In this document: positions 21,467-31,574 of the stretch, piece after piece
Layout: every line of letters starts with the position of its first letter
Numbering within the stretch: position 1 is the stretch's first letter
DNA from: Candidatus Methanomethylophilaceae archaeon
Lineage (GTDB): Archaea; Thermoplasmatota; Thermoplasmata; Methanomassiliicoccales; Methanomethylophilaceae
Assembly (NCBI GenBank): GCA_050950505.1
Contig: JBMNHS010000001.1
Span: 928,001 to 992,000 of the forward strand
DNA: 64,000 bases
Direction: 5' to 3'
Translations under genes and position numbers: made by a program
The notes under the pieces: model-generated
Databases searched by the model: none
Seen by the model: only the letters and a program-made list of their open reading frames with translations
What the model was told of the DNA's origin: nothing

Positions 21467-22111
21467 TTAACTTCCTTCTCTGATGTGGGGCCGGGTTTTC
21501 AGTATGGCGTCCCGAAGTTCGTGAGCCGCTTTCTTTATGTCTTTTTTGGATACCACGGCAGATACCACGGCGGCGGAATCCGCTCCGGCACGGATAACAT
21601 CTTTTATGTTACCCAGATTTATTCCGCCGATGGCCACCAGCGGTATGTCGGGAACGGCATTCCTGACTCTGACAATGGCGTCCAGTCCTATGCCTTCGCC
21701 CGCGTCCTCTTTGGTGGATGTGCTGAATATGGAACCTATCGCGACATAATCCGCACCGTTCTCATAGGCTTCGACGGCTTCCTTTTCATCGGATACCGAT
21801 ATGCCTATTATGAAATCGTCTCCGAGAATCTCTCTCGCACGGGACAACGGCAGGTCGTCCTGACCGAGATGAACCCCGTCGGCTCCGGCGGCAAGGGCGA
21901 CGTCCACATTGTCGTTGACAATGAATATTCTGTTCATGTCGTCGGCGATTTTCTGAATCTTCATTGCCTGTTCCAATATTTCTTCGTCGGAAGCGTTTTT
22001 CATTCTCAATTGAACGGTTTCCGCACCGCCCTCATAAGCGAGTTTTGCAACCTCCCAATCTTCTTTCCCTCCGGAAAGCGAAGAATCGGTGATGACATAC
22101 AGGTCCAACAT
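21467..22111 (-). CDS. thiE: Thiamine-phosphate synthase
   Basis: QLRMK, NDNVD, GVHLGQDD, TSTK, AIGGI. Confidence 0.95.
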   Translation of the reverse strand: MLDLYVITDSSLSGGKEDWEVAKLAYEGGAETVQLRMKNASDEEILEQAMKIQKIADDMNRIFIVNDNVDVALAAGADGVHLGQDDLPLSRAREILGDDFIIGISVSDEKEAVEAYENGADYVAIGSIFSTSTKEDAGEGIGLDAIVRVRNAVPDIPLVAIGGINLGNIKDVIRAGADSAAVVSAVVSKKDIKKAAHELRDAILKTRPHIREGS

Positions 22112-22216
22112 AACAATCCCGATGCAGACACAGGGTTTAATCCAATCGTTGCGGGAAGGCGGATTGCAAACAGTGTAAAAAGGGAAATAAAAAGTTTGAG
22201 TCGCCGTATATCCGAA

Positions 22217-24052
22217 TCAGAACATACAGCGGACGCTGAGGTTGGAGGGCATGTACATGGGACGCACGGGCATGCCTTCGGTTTCCTTCTTGATTCTGTC
22301 GATGAGTTCTTCGACGGTCATGTCCACATCTTTGTTTTCGGATCTGACGTAAACCTTCAGGGAATCGGATTCGATTTCCTTCTCCCCGATAACCGCGGCG
22401 TAGGAACACCAATCCTGTTTGGAAAGCCGGACTTTCTTTCCGACGGTTGCTCCCGTATCGTCGACGGACACCCGGATTCCCGCTTTGCGGATTCTGTTGG
22501 CCATTTCCATGGTAACGCCGATGCAGTCGTCGTTCTTGGCCATCAGTCTGACCTGTTCGGGGGAAATCCAAGTGGGAAGATATCCGGGAACCCCGGATTT
22601 TTCCAGTGCGACGGCGGTGTCCAGAAGGGTGTACATCCATCTTTCGATGGAACCTACGACGGCACAGTGAAGAATAACCGGATACTGTCTTTCGCCGTTC
22701 TCGTCGGAATACTGTATGCCGAACCTTTCGGCGTTTCCTATGTCAATCTGAACGGTGCCGATTTCTCTCGGTCTGTTCATCTGATCCAGCATGTGGTACT
22801 CTATGTTCACGGTCCAATAGTAGTTGATGCCTTCGGGATAGATGTGAATCAACGCGTCTCTGCCGTGTTTTCTGCAAAGGTCGAGAATCAGATCTTTGTT
22901 TTCTTCGTAAGCCTGTCTGGACGAGAAGTTCACCAGCATGTCGTATTCCCTGCCGATGTTTTCGATTTCGTCGAAAATCTTTCCGTCAAGCATTTCGAAG
23001 TTTTCTTTGGCTTGAGGCACGTCTTTGCAGACAACGTGGAAGTCGGGCATGTTCAATCTTCTGGTTCTGAAACACAGCATGGTTTCTCCCGACTGTTCCA
23101 TTCTGTACGCGTCGGCGACCTCGTATGCTCCGAAAGGAAGGTTTCTGTAGCTTATGTTCCAGTTGCGGATCATTGCGAACTGCTGGTGACACGCCGCATA
23201 CCTGAGAATGAATTTCTTTTTCCCGGTGTCTACGGTGTACAGCCGGTCTCCGAACAAATCTGCGTGTTCCTTCACCGCGGGTTCGTCCAGAGAGAACATG
23301 TTGGTTCCTTTCACGCTGTAAACTCCGATGCCGGTGTTGTTCACGATATCTGTGGCGTAATCGGAAATAAGATCGAACATCATTGCGCCGTGGGGTCCGA
23401 GGCTCATGTGGCCGGCATCAGACATGGATTCCCACTGTATGCCGAATTTTTTGCAGAGTCTGAGATAATCGGGTTCTTTGACCGGAGGCGCATCCTTCCC
23501 CAACGCTTCCTTGTCAATCATGTATTTCATGCAGGGGGAAGAGGATTTGTATTCGTTTACTGAAATTTCGTCTCCGTCGGAAGTCAGGACGAAGTATGTG
23601 CTTTCCGCGGTTTCCGCGGGTTTTGCCGATTTTCCGGATATGTCTCTCGAGAGTTCGGACAAAGGATGTCCCTTGCAGCTGATCTCAAAGGATTTGTACC
23701 AACCGAAAGGAGCTCTCATGACCTCAGCTCCGGCTTCGGAAACAATATTTTCGACTGCGTTGAGAATTTCAATGCTGGTTTTCGGTTTTCCGAGATCCTT
23801 GCTCAGGTGGGCGTAGGGATACAGCATAATCCTTTCGGCTTTGACCTGTTCCGCCACGTTCAGAATGTCTTTGGCAGCTTCTGCCGCAACATCTTCCGCC
23901 GCGTCCTCGTCATCGCTCTCCACCGTAATGAATGCGACGAGCACTTCTTTCATTTCTTTTTCGTGAAGTTCGTCGGGAATATCCTCGGCGACCTTGGTCT
24001 TTTCTTTGGCTTCGAATTTCATCGAATCCGCGTGAATGTACAATGCTTTCAT
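22217..24052 (-). CDS. thrS: Threonine--tRNA ligase (archaeal type with N-terminal editing domain)
   Basis: YPYAHLS, APFGWYK.F..CKGHPL editing domain; AACH, R.EQSGE, GSIER. Confidence 0.95.
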   Translation of the reverse strand: MKALYIHADSMKFEAKEKTKVAEDIPDELHEKEMKEVLVAFITVESDDEDAAEDVAAEAAKDILNVAEQVKAERIMLYPYAHLSKDLGKPKTSIEILNAVENIVSEAGAEVMRAPFGWYKSFEISCKGHPLSELSRDISGKSAKPAETAESTYFVLTSDGDEISVNEYKSSSPCMKYMIDKEALGKDAPPVKEPDYLRLCKKFGIQWESMSDAGHMSLGPHGAMMFDLISDYATDIVNNTGIGVYSVKGTNMFSLDEPAVKEHADLFGDRLYTVDTGKKKFILRYAACHQQFAMIRNWNISYRNLPFGAYEVADAYRMEQSGETMLCFRTRRLNMPDFHVVCKDVPQAKENFEMLDGKIFDEIENIGREYDMLVNFSSRQAYEENKDLILDLCRKHGRDALIHIYPEGINYYWTVNIEYHMLDQMNRPREIGTVQIDIGNAERFGIQYSDENGERQYPVILHCAVVGSIERWMYTLLDTAVALEKSGVPGYLPTWISPEQVRLMAKNDDCIGVTMEMANRIRKAGIRVSVDDTGATVGKKVRLSKQDWCSYAAVIGEKEIESDSLKVYVRSENKDVDMTVEELIDRIKKETEGMPVRPMYMPSNLSVRCMF

Positions 24053-24188
24053 TGGACCATGTCCTATATTGCCCCGTCCCCACAGAAAGGGCGGTGCTTC
24101 TTTGTGGAAGATGAAGAGGGTAATATTAAAAACGTTTGAAAAAGTCCGCAATATATTTTAATAAAGGGTATACTTCACTGACTCATAC

Positions 24189-25073
24189 ATGGCATTATTC
24201 AGTAAGCGCAAACGGGACGTGGAGCCTATCTTGGCCATAAGTGTCGTGATATTCCTGGTGGCATCCGGGGCGGTCGCGTCCATGTCAATTTTCGGCAGCT
24301 ACGTCAATGAAGACGATCTTCAGGTCGCACCCGGAAGAACCGTGGAAGTCTACTACACCGGTTCTCTCTACGGATATTATGATGACGAAGGAGCGCTTAT
24401 TTTTGATACGAATGTCAGTGAAAACGTCGAAAACGAAGATTACGCATTTGTTGGCGGATTCGACAAATCCAACAGTTTCAGTGCTATGTCCTACATACAG
24501 GGCAAGGGCAAACTTTTGGCGATGTTCGAAGACGCTCTTGCCGGACACAAGGCCGGAGAGACCGTCAGGGTGGAGATACCTCTGGGCAGCGGATATGAAT
24601 CCGAACATATGGTAAGACCGGACACGTTCACCGTCAGCAAAACGGAATACATGAGTCTGACGAAATTTCAGAGTCTTTATGATGTGTATCTTCCGTCCAA
24701 CGGAGTATTCCCGGTGACTTTCGATACCGTATACGGATGGGAAGCAACCGCGGTTTGGGATTCCGCCAAAGGCGCGGTTGAAATCGTGCACAACCCCACG
24801 GACGGCGAGGAATACGAACTGGAATCCAATGAACTTAACGTTCGGGGTACGGTCAACCTTAAGGTCACGCTCAACGGTGATGAAATCGAATGCAAGATTA
24901 TTCTTGACATTGACGACGATACCGACGATTACATGCTTTGGGTCAAGACCCACTATGATTCGTATTACATATACGGCGAAGCGGACAACAACCGGCTGAA
25001 AGTCACAAACAAACCCGCCGCCGAAGATACGATATACTTTGTTATAACGATAAAATCCGTTTCTGAAAGCTGA
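24189..25073 (+). CDS. Membrane-anchored FKBP-type PPIase-like protein
   Basis: N-terminal TM helix; V.YTGSL, IFDTN, FEDAL.G..GE.V.V.IP..GY, C-terminal YF.ITIKSV. Confidence 0.72.
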   Translation: MALFSKRKRDVEPILAISVVIFLVASGAVASMSIFGSYVNEDDLQVAPGRTVEVYYTGSLYGYYDDEGALIFDTNVSENVENEDYAFVGGFDKSNSFSAMSYIQGKGKLLAMFEDALAGHKAGETVRVEIPLGSGYESEHMVRPDTFTVSKTEYMSLTKFQSLYDVYLPSNGVFPVTFDTVYGWEATAVWDSAKGAVEIVHNPTDGEEYELESNELNVRGTVNLKVTLNGDEIECKIILDIDDDTDDYMLWVKTHYDSYYIYGEADNNRLKVTNKPAAEDTIYFVITIKSVSES

Positions 25074-25111
25074 ACGTTACGGTGCAAACCGTGACGGCAA
25101 AAGTTTCGGGT

Positions 25112-25888
25112 TTAATCGATTCGTATCATCGGATTGACCACTTCGTCCCCTTTGCCTATGACGTACTGAGTCTCTATGGACTTCTGAATCAGGGCTCTGG
25201 ATTTCTTTATGGATGAAATCATCTCCGATCCTTTGGCGCAATTGGCGGTTATGAACGAGGATAAAGTGCAACCGCTGCCGTGACCCGAACGTTTCAGACG
25301 GGGATACGCGATGGTCAGGATTTCTCCGTCTTTGTAATAATAATCGATTACGTCGGAAGTGTCCATGTGACCGCCTTTGAGGTAAACGGGAGTTCCGTCT
25401 TTCCCGATAATTTCGCAGGCTTTAATCGCGTCGTCCTCATTGTGAATCTCAATCCCGGCCAGCACCTCGCCCTCAAATCTGTTCGGAGTGATAAGTTCAC
25501 AGAGAGGCATCAGGTGTTTTTTCACCGCGTCGGCGACGCCGTCCCCGGCAAGGGAGCCTCCGACACTGGCGGTGAATACGGGATCTATGATTACCGGCAC
25601 TCCGACGTTTTCCAATTTTTCGGAAACCAATCCGGTGATTTCCGAATTATACAGCATTCCGGTTTTCACGGCCTTGATGTCGCAATCCTCAAAAACGGCA
25701 TCAATCTGTTTTTCAATGACGTACAAAGGAATGGGAAAGATTTCGGACACTCTGCAGGTATTCTGAGCCGTCACCGCCGTGATGACGCTGGTTGCGTGAA
25801 CTCCCAGACTACCCATGGCTTTTATGTCGGCCTGAATCCCGGCTCCGCCCACAGAGTCGGAGCCCGCTATCGTCAACGCGGTTCTCAT
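25112..25888 (-). CDS. thiD: HMP/HMP-P kinase
   Basis: LTIAGSDSVGGAGIQAD, KTGML, TPN..E, KGGH, HGSGCTLS. Confidence 0.95.
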   Translation of the reverse strand: MRTALTIAGSDSVGGAGIQADIKAMGSLGVHATSVITAVTAQNTCRVSEIFPIPLYVIEKQIDAVFEDCDIKAVKTGMLYNSEITGLVSEKLENVGVPVIIDPVFTASVGGSLAGDGVADAVKKHLMPLCELITPNRFEGEVLAGIEIHNEDDAIKACEIIGKDGTPVYLKGGHMDTSDVIDYYYKDGEILTIAYPRLKRSGHGSGCTLSSFITANCAKGSEMISSIKKSRALIQKSIETQYVIGKGDEVVNPMIRID

Positions 25889-25982
25889 CCCTTCGCAATC
25901 GGTATCGACCTATTAAACGGATTTGAGCGGCATACGTTCAGATTGTCAAAAATGATTAATAAACCCACCAGGATAGGGGGCT

Positions 25983-26348
25983 GTGAAATACAACAGCGCC
26001 CATTTCGTATTGACGGGAGATTCCAGCTACAAAGACTTGGCTCCCGTGTTCCCTGACATTCTGAATATGCTTTTGGGGGAAATCGGCCAGGTGCCCGAGG
26101 AAGAGGAGATTCTGCAAATGTACATTGAGCAAAACATGAGCGACCTTCTCAATGACAAAAAACCCGAAGGATACAACCGCAAGGGAAAGGTCAGACTGAT
26201 TTTCCCCATGAACAAGAAGGAATTTTACCTCAAAAGTTACACCAAGACGGTGGATCTCATCGCCTTGGCGGACGCCGTGTCGGACATTCTGAACGAAGCC
26301 GGCATCAGTTTCGAAACCCTTGAGAACGACCGGACTTCCTTCAGTTGA
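25983..26348 (+). CDS. Hypothetical protein
   Basis: 121-aa ORF, GTG start after GGGGG, genome-typical codon usage, fills the gap between convergent genes. Confidence 0.65.
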   Translation: MKYNSAHFVLTGDSSYKDLAPVFPDILNMLLGEIGQVPEEEEILQMYIEQNMSDLLNDKKPEGYNRKGKVRLIFPMNKKEFYLKSYTKTVDLIALADAVSDILNEAGISFETLENDRTSFS

Positions 26349-26349
26349 T

Positions 26350-27795
26350 TCAGCCCAACAATCTGTTCCAGCACTTTTCCGAGTGCAGGGCTTCTCTCAT
26401 GACCCGGTCCATGGTTTCGGCGACGGAGGCTTTGGCGTTGGCTATCTGAACGGTGACGGACGAGGGTGAAGTTCCCCCGTAGGAATTCCTGCGTTCTATG
26501 CATTTTTCCACCGACAGTATGTCGTATACGTCGGCGTCTATCTTCTCACTGAAGGATTTCATTTTTTCCGGAGGAAGCTCCTCAAGTCCGATGTTTTCTT
26601 CGATGCAGTATCTCACTGCGGCGCCGACGATGCCGTGGGCTTCCCTGAAAGGAATGCCCTTCGTAACAAGATAATCGGCAAGATCCGTGGCGTTGATGAA
26701 ACCTCTGTTCATGACCTCCGCCATTCTGTCTTTATTGATTTTCACGGTAACAATCATGTTGTACGTCATGTCCGTGCAATCGGCAACCGTCTGCAATGAT
26801 TCCATAATCGGCTTTTTGTCTTCCTGCATATCCCTGTTGTAAGTCAGCGGAAGACCTTTGAGCATCGTGAGAACGGATATCAGCGAGCCGAAGCTCTGTC
26901 CGGTTTTTCCCCGTATGAGCTCCGCTATGTCTGAATTTTTCTTCTGGGGCATTATCGACGATCCGGTGGAATACCGGTCGTCCATCTCGACAAAACCGAA
27001 TTCCTGGGATGACCACAGAACCAATTCCTCAGACAGGGAAGACAGGTGGGTTGCCAGCATTGCCGCGCAGAACGCGGTGTCGGCAACGAAGTCCCTGTCA
27101 CTGACGGAATCCATGGAGTTCTCGGTAGGCGCCGAGAATCCAAGAGCGTCGGAGGTCATCTGCCTGTCTATGGGGTACGTGGTGCCCGCAAGAGCGGCGG
27201 AACCCAGAGGGCATTCGTTGAACCTCTGATATGCACTCATGAATCTGGAGGAATCCCTTCCCAATTTGAAAACATAAGCCATGAGATGATGTGCGAAGGT
27301 AACCGGCTGTGCATGCTGAAGATGGGTCATGCCCGGCATCACGGTTTCTGTGTGTTCTTCGGCGATTTCTATCATCCCGGTTCGCAGATGTTCGATTTTT
27401 TCAACGACTTCCAGCACGGCGTCCTTAAGAAACATTCTGAAGTCGGTGGAAACCTGATCGTTTCTGCTCCTCCCGGTGTGCAGTTTGCCGCCCACGGGAC
27501 CTATCATCTCCGTGAGCCGGTTTTCCACACAGGTGTGGATGTCCTCCAGGGATTCGTCTATTTCGAACTTCCCGTTTTCCATCTCAACGATTATCTTCTT
27601 CAATCCGTCGATGATCAAATCGGCATCTTCCGCCGGCAGGATGTTGCATTTTTTCAACATCCTGACATGGGCGAGGGATCCCATGACGTCATAGTATCCC
27701 AAAGCAACGTCGACGTCCAGTGAGGACGTGAACGCCAACGTGTCGTTGTCCATGCCTGTGTCGAACCGTCCGGACCAAAGAGGATTTTGTGTCAT
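26350..27795 (-). CDS. argH: Argininosuccinate lyase
   Basis: LWSGRF, HTGRSRNDQ, GSSIMPQKKN. Confidence 0.97.
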   Translation of the reverse strand: MTQNPLWSGRFDTGMDNDTLAFTSSLDVDVALGYYDVMGSLAHVRMLKKCNILPAEDADLIIDGLKKIIVEMENGKFEIDESLEDIHTCVENRLTEMIGPVGGKLHTGRSRNDQVSTDFRMFLKDAVLEVVEKIEHLRTGMIEIAEEHTETVMPGMTHLQHAQPVTFAHHLMAYVFKLGRDSSRFMSAYQRFNECPLGSAALAGTTYPIDRQMTSDALGFSAPTENSMDSVSDRDFVADTAFCAAMLATHLSSLSEELVLWSSQEFGFVEMDDRYSTGSSIMPQKKNSDIAELIRGKTGQSFGSLISVLTMLKGLPLTYNRDMQEDKKPIMESLQTVADCTDMTYNMIVTVKINKDRMAEVMNRGFINATDLADYLVTKGIPFREAHGIVGAAVRYCIEENIGLEELPPEKMKSFSEKIDADVYDILSVEKCIERRNSYGGTSPSSVTVQIANAKASVAETMDRVMREALHSEKCWNRLLG

Positions 27796-27799
27796 ATGC

Positions 27800-29044
27800 T
27801 CACTTTTTTGATTTTTTCCTGCGTACGCTGGCCGCAGTTCTTCCGGGCAAACCCCAGCAGTAGATGAATCCTATCGCCGAAGTGTGATCGAAAGTATCTC
27901 CTTCGGAATATGTGGACAATCCCATATCGTACAGGGAGTTTTCCGACTTTCTTCCAACAACGGTGCAGCTGCCCTTGAAGAGCTTCATGCGCACAACACC
28001 GTCGACGACTTCCTGTGTCTGGTCCACAAAGGCCATGAGTGCGGGTCGGAGGGAATCGAACCACAGTCCGTCGTAAATAATCTGACTGATTTTCTGTTCA
28101 ATCGTGCGTTTGAATTCAATGACATCCCTGGACAGAACCAATCCTTCAAGAGCCCTGTGGGCCGTAATAAGAGTAATCGCGGCGGGACATTCGTAGGTTT
28201 CCCGGCTTTTGATTCCGATAAGGCGGTCTTCCACATGGTCTATTCTTCCGATTCCGTGGTTTCCCGCAATCTTTTCTACGGCCGCAACGAGTTCCGAACC
28301 CTCCATCTTTTTTCCGTTGAGGGCAACCGGAACACCGTTCCTGAATTCGATTTCGATGTATTCGGGCTCATCGGGAGCATCTTCGGGGTTGACGGTCTTG
28401 GTCCAAACTCCCGCGGGAGGTTCCATCCAAGGATCTTCCAAAGCACCGCATTCGCAGGATGCGCCCCATAGGTTTTCGTCCCTGGAGTACGGGCTTTCTT
28501 TCTTCACGATGATTTCGATGTCATGTTCTTTGGCGTACTCGACTTCCTCTTCGCGGGTCACGGGGCATTCCCTCATGGGAGCTATGACTTTCAAATCGGG
28601 GTTCAGTGCGACAATTCCGGCGTCGAAACGTACCTGATCGTTTCCTTTGGCGGTACAACCGTGGGAAATGTATTTTGCCCCTTCCCTTTCGGCCACTTCG
28701 ACAAGTTTTTTGACCATGAGTGGACGGGCAACGGCGGTGCTCAGGGGATATACGTTCTGATACATCGCGTTGGCTTTCAGCGAAGGCCATATGTATTCCT
28801 CGATGAATTCTTTCTTGGCGTCTATGAGTTCTGCCTTCAAGGCTCCGTTTCTGAGCGCCCTGGCGATTATATCGTCATCGCTGGGAGGCTGTCCGACGTC
28901 AATGGACACCGCTATGACGTCCAAACCGTAGTTTTCCTGAATCCAGCGTATGGCCACCGATGTGTCCAATCCGCCGGAGTAAGCCAGGACCACTTTGTCC
29001 CGCTTTTCTGTTTTTTCTTTTCCGGAGCTGTTGCCGTTCAACAT
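27800..29044 (-). CDS. argG: Argininosuccinate synthase
   Basis: AYSGGLDTS, HGCTAKGNDQVRF, GIKSRETYE. Confidence 0.97.
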   Translation of the reverse strand: MLNGNSSGKEKTEKRDKVVLAYSGGLDTSVAIRWIQENYGLDVIAVSIDVGQPPSDDDIIARALRNGALKAELIDAKKEFIEEYIWPSLKANAMYQNVYPLSTAVARPLMVKKLVEVAEREGAKYISHGCTAKGNDQVRFDAGIVALNPDLKVIAPMRECPVTREEEVEYAKEHDIEIIVKKESPYSRDENLWGASCECGALEDPWMEPPAGVWTKTVNPEDAPDEPEYIEIEFRNGVPVALNGKKMEGSELVAAVEKIAGNHGIGRIDHVEDRLIGIKSRETYECPAAITLITAHRALEGLVLSRDVIEFKRTIEQKISQIIYDGLWFDSLRPALMAFVDQTQEVVDGVVRMKLFKGSCTVVGRKSENSLYDMGLSTYSEGDTFDHTSAIGFIYCWGLPGRTAASVRRKKSKK

Positions 29045-29318
29045 GATATCGTCGCTTTGATAGCATTTTTTTATTTATATTATTGTGGTATGAATCGCCG
29101 TACGGGAATCGTGTTTTTACGGTTCGGGGGATGTATATGTCTACATTTGTGTCTTTTATCAGACCCCGGTCATACCCAGAGCATCAGTCATCAAACGTTT
29201 CTATACCGCCAAACTGTTGTTAAATTAACGATGTATACACCATATGTCTGAAATAGAACAATATCTTTTTAATAAAGTCTTACGTAAGCACCATTCATAG
29301 ATTTACAGAGGGTCCCCA

Positions 29319-30335
29319 TTGAAAAACATAGGAATCATAGGAGGCACCGGGTACACCGGGAGGGAACTTGCGCGCATACTGTCGGTTCACCCGGAAGTCA
29401 GAATCACGGCCATGACTTCCCGTCAGAACGCAGGAACGGAAGTAAGCGACCTGCAACCGAATCTGAAAGGATATATGAATCTGAAATTCACCGAAAACAT
29501 TCCGGACTCGGCCGATGTGGATCTGGTTTTCACCGCCACTCCCCACGGAGCATCGATGAAACAGATTCCGTCTCTGATGGAACAGGGGATAAAAACCGTC
29601 GATCTGTCAGGGGATTACAGGTTCAAGGATCGCAAGGTGTACGAAAAATGGTACGGGTTTGAACACACCGACCCGGAGAACATACCCAAAGCCGTTTACG
29701 GACTGCCGGAATTTTACCGCAAAGAAATAGCGGATGCCGCACTTGTGGCGAATCCCGGCTGTTACGCCACATCCGCGATTCTGGCCATAACGCCATTGGT
29801 TAATACGGGACTTGTCGAAGGCAGCATATTCGTAGACGGCAAAAGCGGCACCTCGGGGGCCGGAATGAATCCTTCCCCGCGTCTGCACCACCCTGCCTGC
29901 GGGGAATCGGTGATACCTTACGGAATCGGTACCCACCGCCACACGCCGGAAATCGAAGCCGTGGTGAAAGACGTGACGTCGGAGGATGCAGACGTGTTCT
30001 TCGTACCTCATCTGATTCCGATTGTCCGCGGAATACTGTCAACATGTTACGCCGGACTGACCGAAGAAACGACTCAGGAAGACATCGATGAAGTTTATGA
30101 AAAATTCTACGGAAAAGAGTTTTTCGTGAAATACACGGAAGAACCCTCGATCAGGTCCGTGGTGGCATCCAACCATGCGGAGGTTTCCGCAAAAGTCCGC
30201 GGAAAGAACGCGGTGGCCATGTGCGCTTTGGACAATCTCGTGAAAGGAGCTTCCGGTCAGGCCGTACAGTGTATGAACATAATGTTGGGTTTCAAAGAAA
30301 CCTTGGGAATAGGAACACCCGGATTGGGAGTGTGA
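29319..30335 (+). CDS. argC: N-acetyl-gamma-glutamyl-phosphate reductase
   Basis: GGTGYTG, DLSGDYR, ANPGCY, DNLVKGASGQA. Confidence 0.96.
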   Translation: MKNIGIIGGTGYTGRELARILSVHPEVRITAMTSRQNAGTEVSDLQPNLKGYMNLKFTENIPDSADVDLVFTATPHGASMKQIPSLMEQGIKTVDLSGDYRFKDRKVYEKWYGFEHTDPENIPKAVYGLPEFYRKEIADAALVANPGCYATSAILAITPLVNTGLVEGSIFVDGKSGTSGAGMNPSPRLHHPACGESVIPYGIGTHRHTPEIEAVVKDVTSEDADVFFVPHLIPIVRGILSTCYAGLTEETTQEDIDEVYEKFYGKEFFVKYTEEPSIRSVVASNHAEVSAKVRGKNAVAMCALDNLVKGASGQAVQCMNIMLGFKETLGIGTPGLGV

Positions 30336-30339
30336 TGCA

Positions 30340-31563
30340 ATGAATATCATAGAAGGGGGAATTACCACGCCCGGCGGATTCAAGGCCGCGGGCGTTCACT
30401 GCGGAGTCAAATACCGTTCGTTGGATTTGGGTGTCGTTTATTCGGAATGTCCCGCAAGCGCGTTCATCGGATACACCAGCAACAACGTGAAAGCCGCACC
30501 CGTGCAGATAATGATGGAACAGAACTCGCCGACGCTTTCGGCGGTGGTGGTCAACAGCGGAAACGCAAACGCCCTCACGGGGCGCCGCGGCATAGAGGAC
30601 GCTCTGTCGATGCAATCCACCACGGCAAAAGAATTGGATTTGGAGCCGGAACAGGTCTGCGTTATGTCCACCGGTCTGATCGGCCGTTTCATGGATATGC
30701 ACAAAATCCGCTACGGGATCAGCCGTGCGGTGAAAGAACTGGAATCGGGAAGCGAAGCGGATGCCAAGATGGCCGAGGCAATCATGACCACGGATACCAT
30801 GAAGAAAGAATTCTCGGTAAGCGTGCGTCTGACCGACGGCACCATGGTTTACATCTCCGCCCTCGCCAAAGGCAGCGGGATGATCGCGCCACACATGCGC
30901 GTACTGCAAGGAACGACCCTGTCCATCATAACCACCGACGCCAAACTGTCTCCGGGCTTCGGAAGCAAATGGCAGGAAGTTCTTGACGATACAATGAACA
31001 TGGTCTCCGTCGACGGAGACCAGTCAACGAACGACATGGCCGTGCTCATGGCCAACGGGATGTCGAACAGCGATTACGCCGATGACGACCCGGAGTTCCT
31101 GGAAGCGTTGAAATATCTCATGACCCAGATTGCGAAAGCCATTGCGGTCGACGGAGAAGGTGCGACAAAACTCATAGAAGTCGAAGTCACCGGAGCAAAA
31201 ACCAAGGACGAAGCACGCAAAGTCGCGAAGACTATAATCAATTCGCCTTTGGTGAAATCCGCAATATTCGGATCCGATCCGAATTACGGGCGCATTATGA
31301 TGGCCATCGGAAACAGCGGCAGCGAATTCAACATCGACGAAATGAGACTCATAATCAAAGGAGGGGAGATGGAAGTCCCGATTCTTGACGGAGGCTCCCC
31401 GGTATTCCAGGAAGAACGTTCCGTTGAAGTGGTCCGTATGGCAATGGACAACAAAGAAGTCACCATAATTGTGGATCTGGCCGCCGGCGAGGAGTATGCC
31501 ACGGGATGGGGGTGCGATCTCACTTACGATTACGTGAGAATCAATGCGGAATATGCCACCTGA
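30340..31563 (+). CDS. argJ: Ornithine acetyltransferase
   Basis: NSGNANA, KGSGMIAP, DGDQSTND, DGEGATK, YVRINAEY. Confidence 0.95.
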   Translation: MNIIEGGITTPGGFKAAGVHCGVKYRSLDLGVVYSECPASAFIGYTSNNVKAAPVQIMMEQNSPTLSAVVVNSGNANALTGRRGIEDALSMQSTTAKELDLEPEQVCVMSTGLIGRFMDMHKIRYGISRAVKELESGSEADAKMAEAIMTTDTMKKEFSVSVRLTDGTMVYISALAKGSGMIAPHMRVLQGTTLSIITTDAKLSPGFGSKWQEVLDDTMNMVSVDGDQSTNDMAVLMANGMSNSDYADDDPEFLEALKYLMTQIAKAIAVDGEGATKLIEVEVTGAKTKDEARKVAKTIINSPLVKSAIFGSDPNYGRIMMAIGNSGSEFNIDEMRLIIKGGEMEVPILDGGSPVFQEERSVEVVRMAMDNKEVTIIVDLAAGEEYATGWGCDLTYDYVRINAEYAT

Positions 31564-31574
31564 GGTTTAGATTC

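Noticed and set aside
21485-23563. 692-aa plus-strand ORF, and similar long ORFs at 17-931, 2312-3913 and 18875-19813
   Set aside because: Antisense shadows of well-supported genes (thiE/thrS, hel308, lonB, thiH); no motifs
28950-29066. Arg-rich out-of-frame uORF (MLSKRRYHVERQQLRKRK..) overlapping the argG start, a possible Arg leader
   Set aside because: Its ATG sits just after the probable TATA box, upstream of the expected TSS, so it is probably not transcribed
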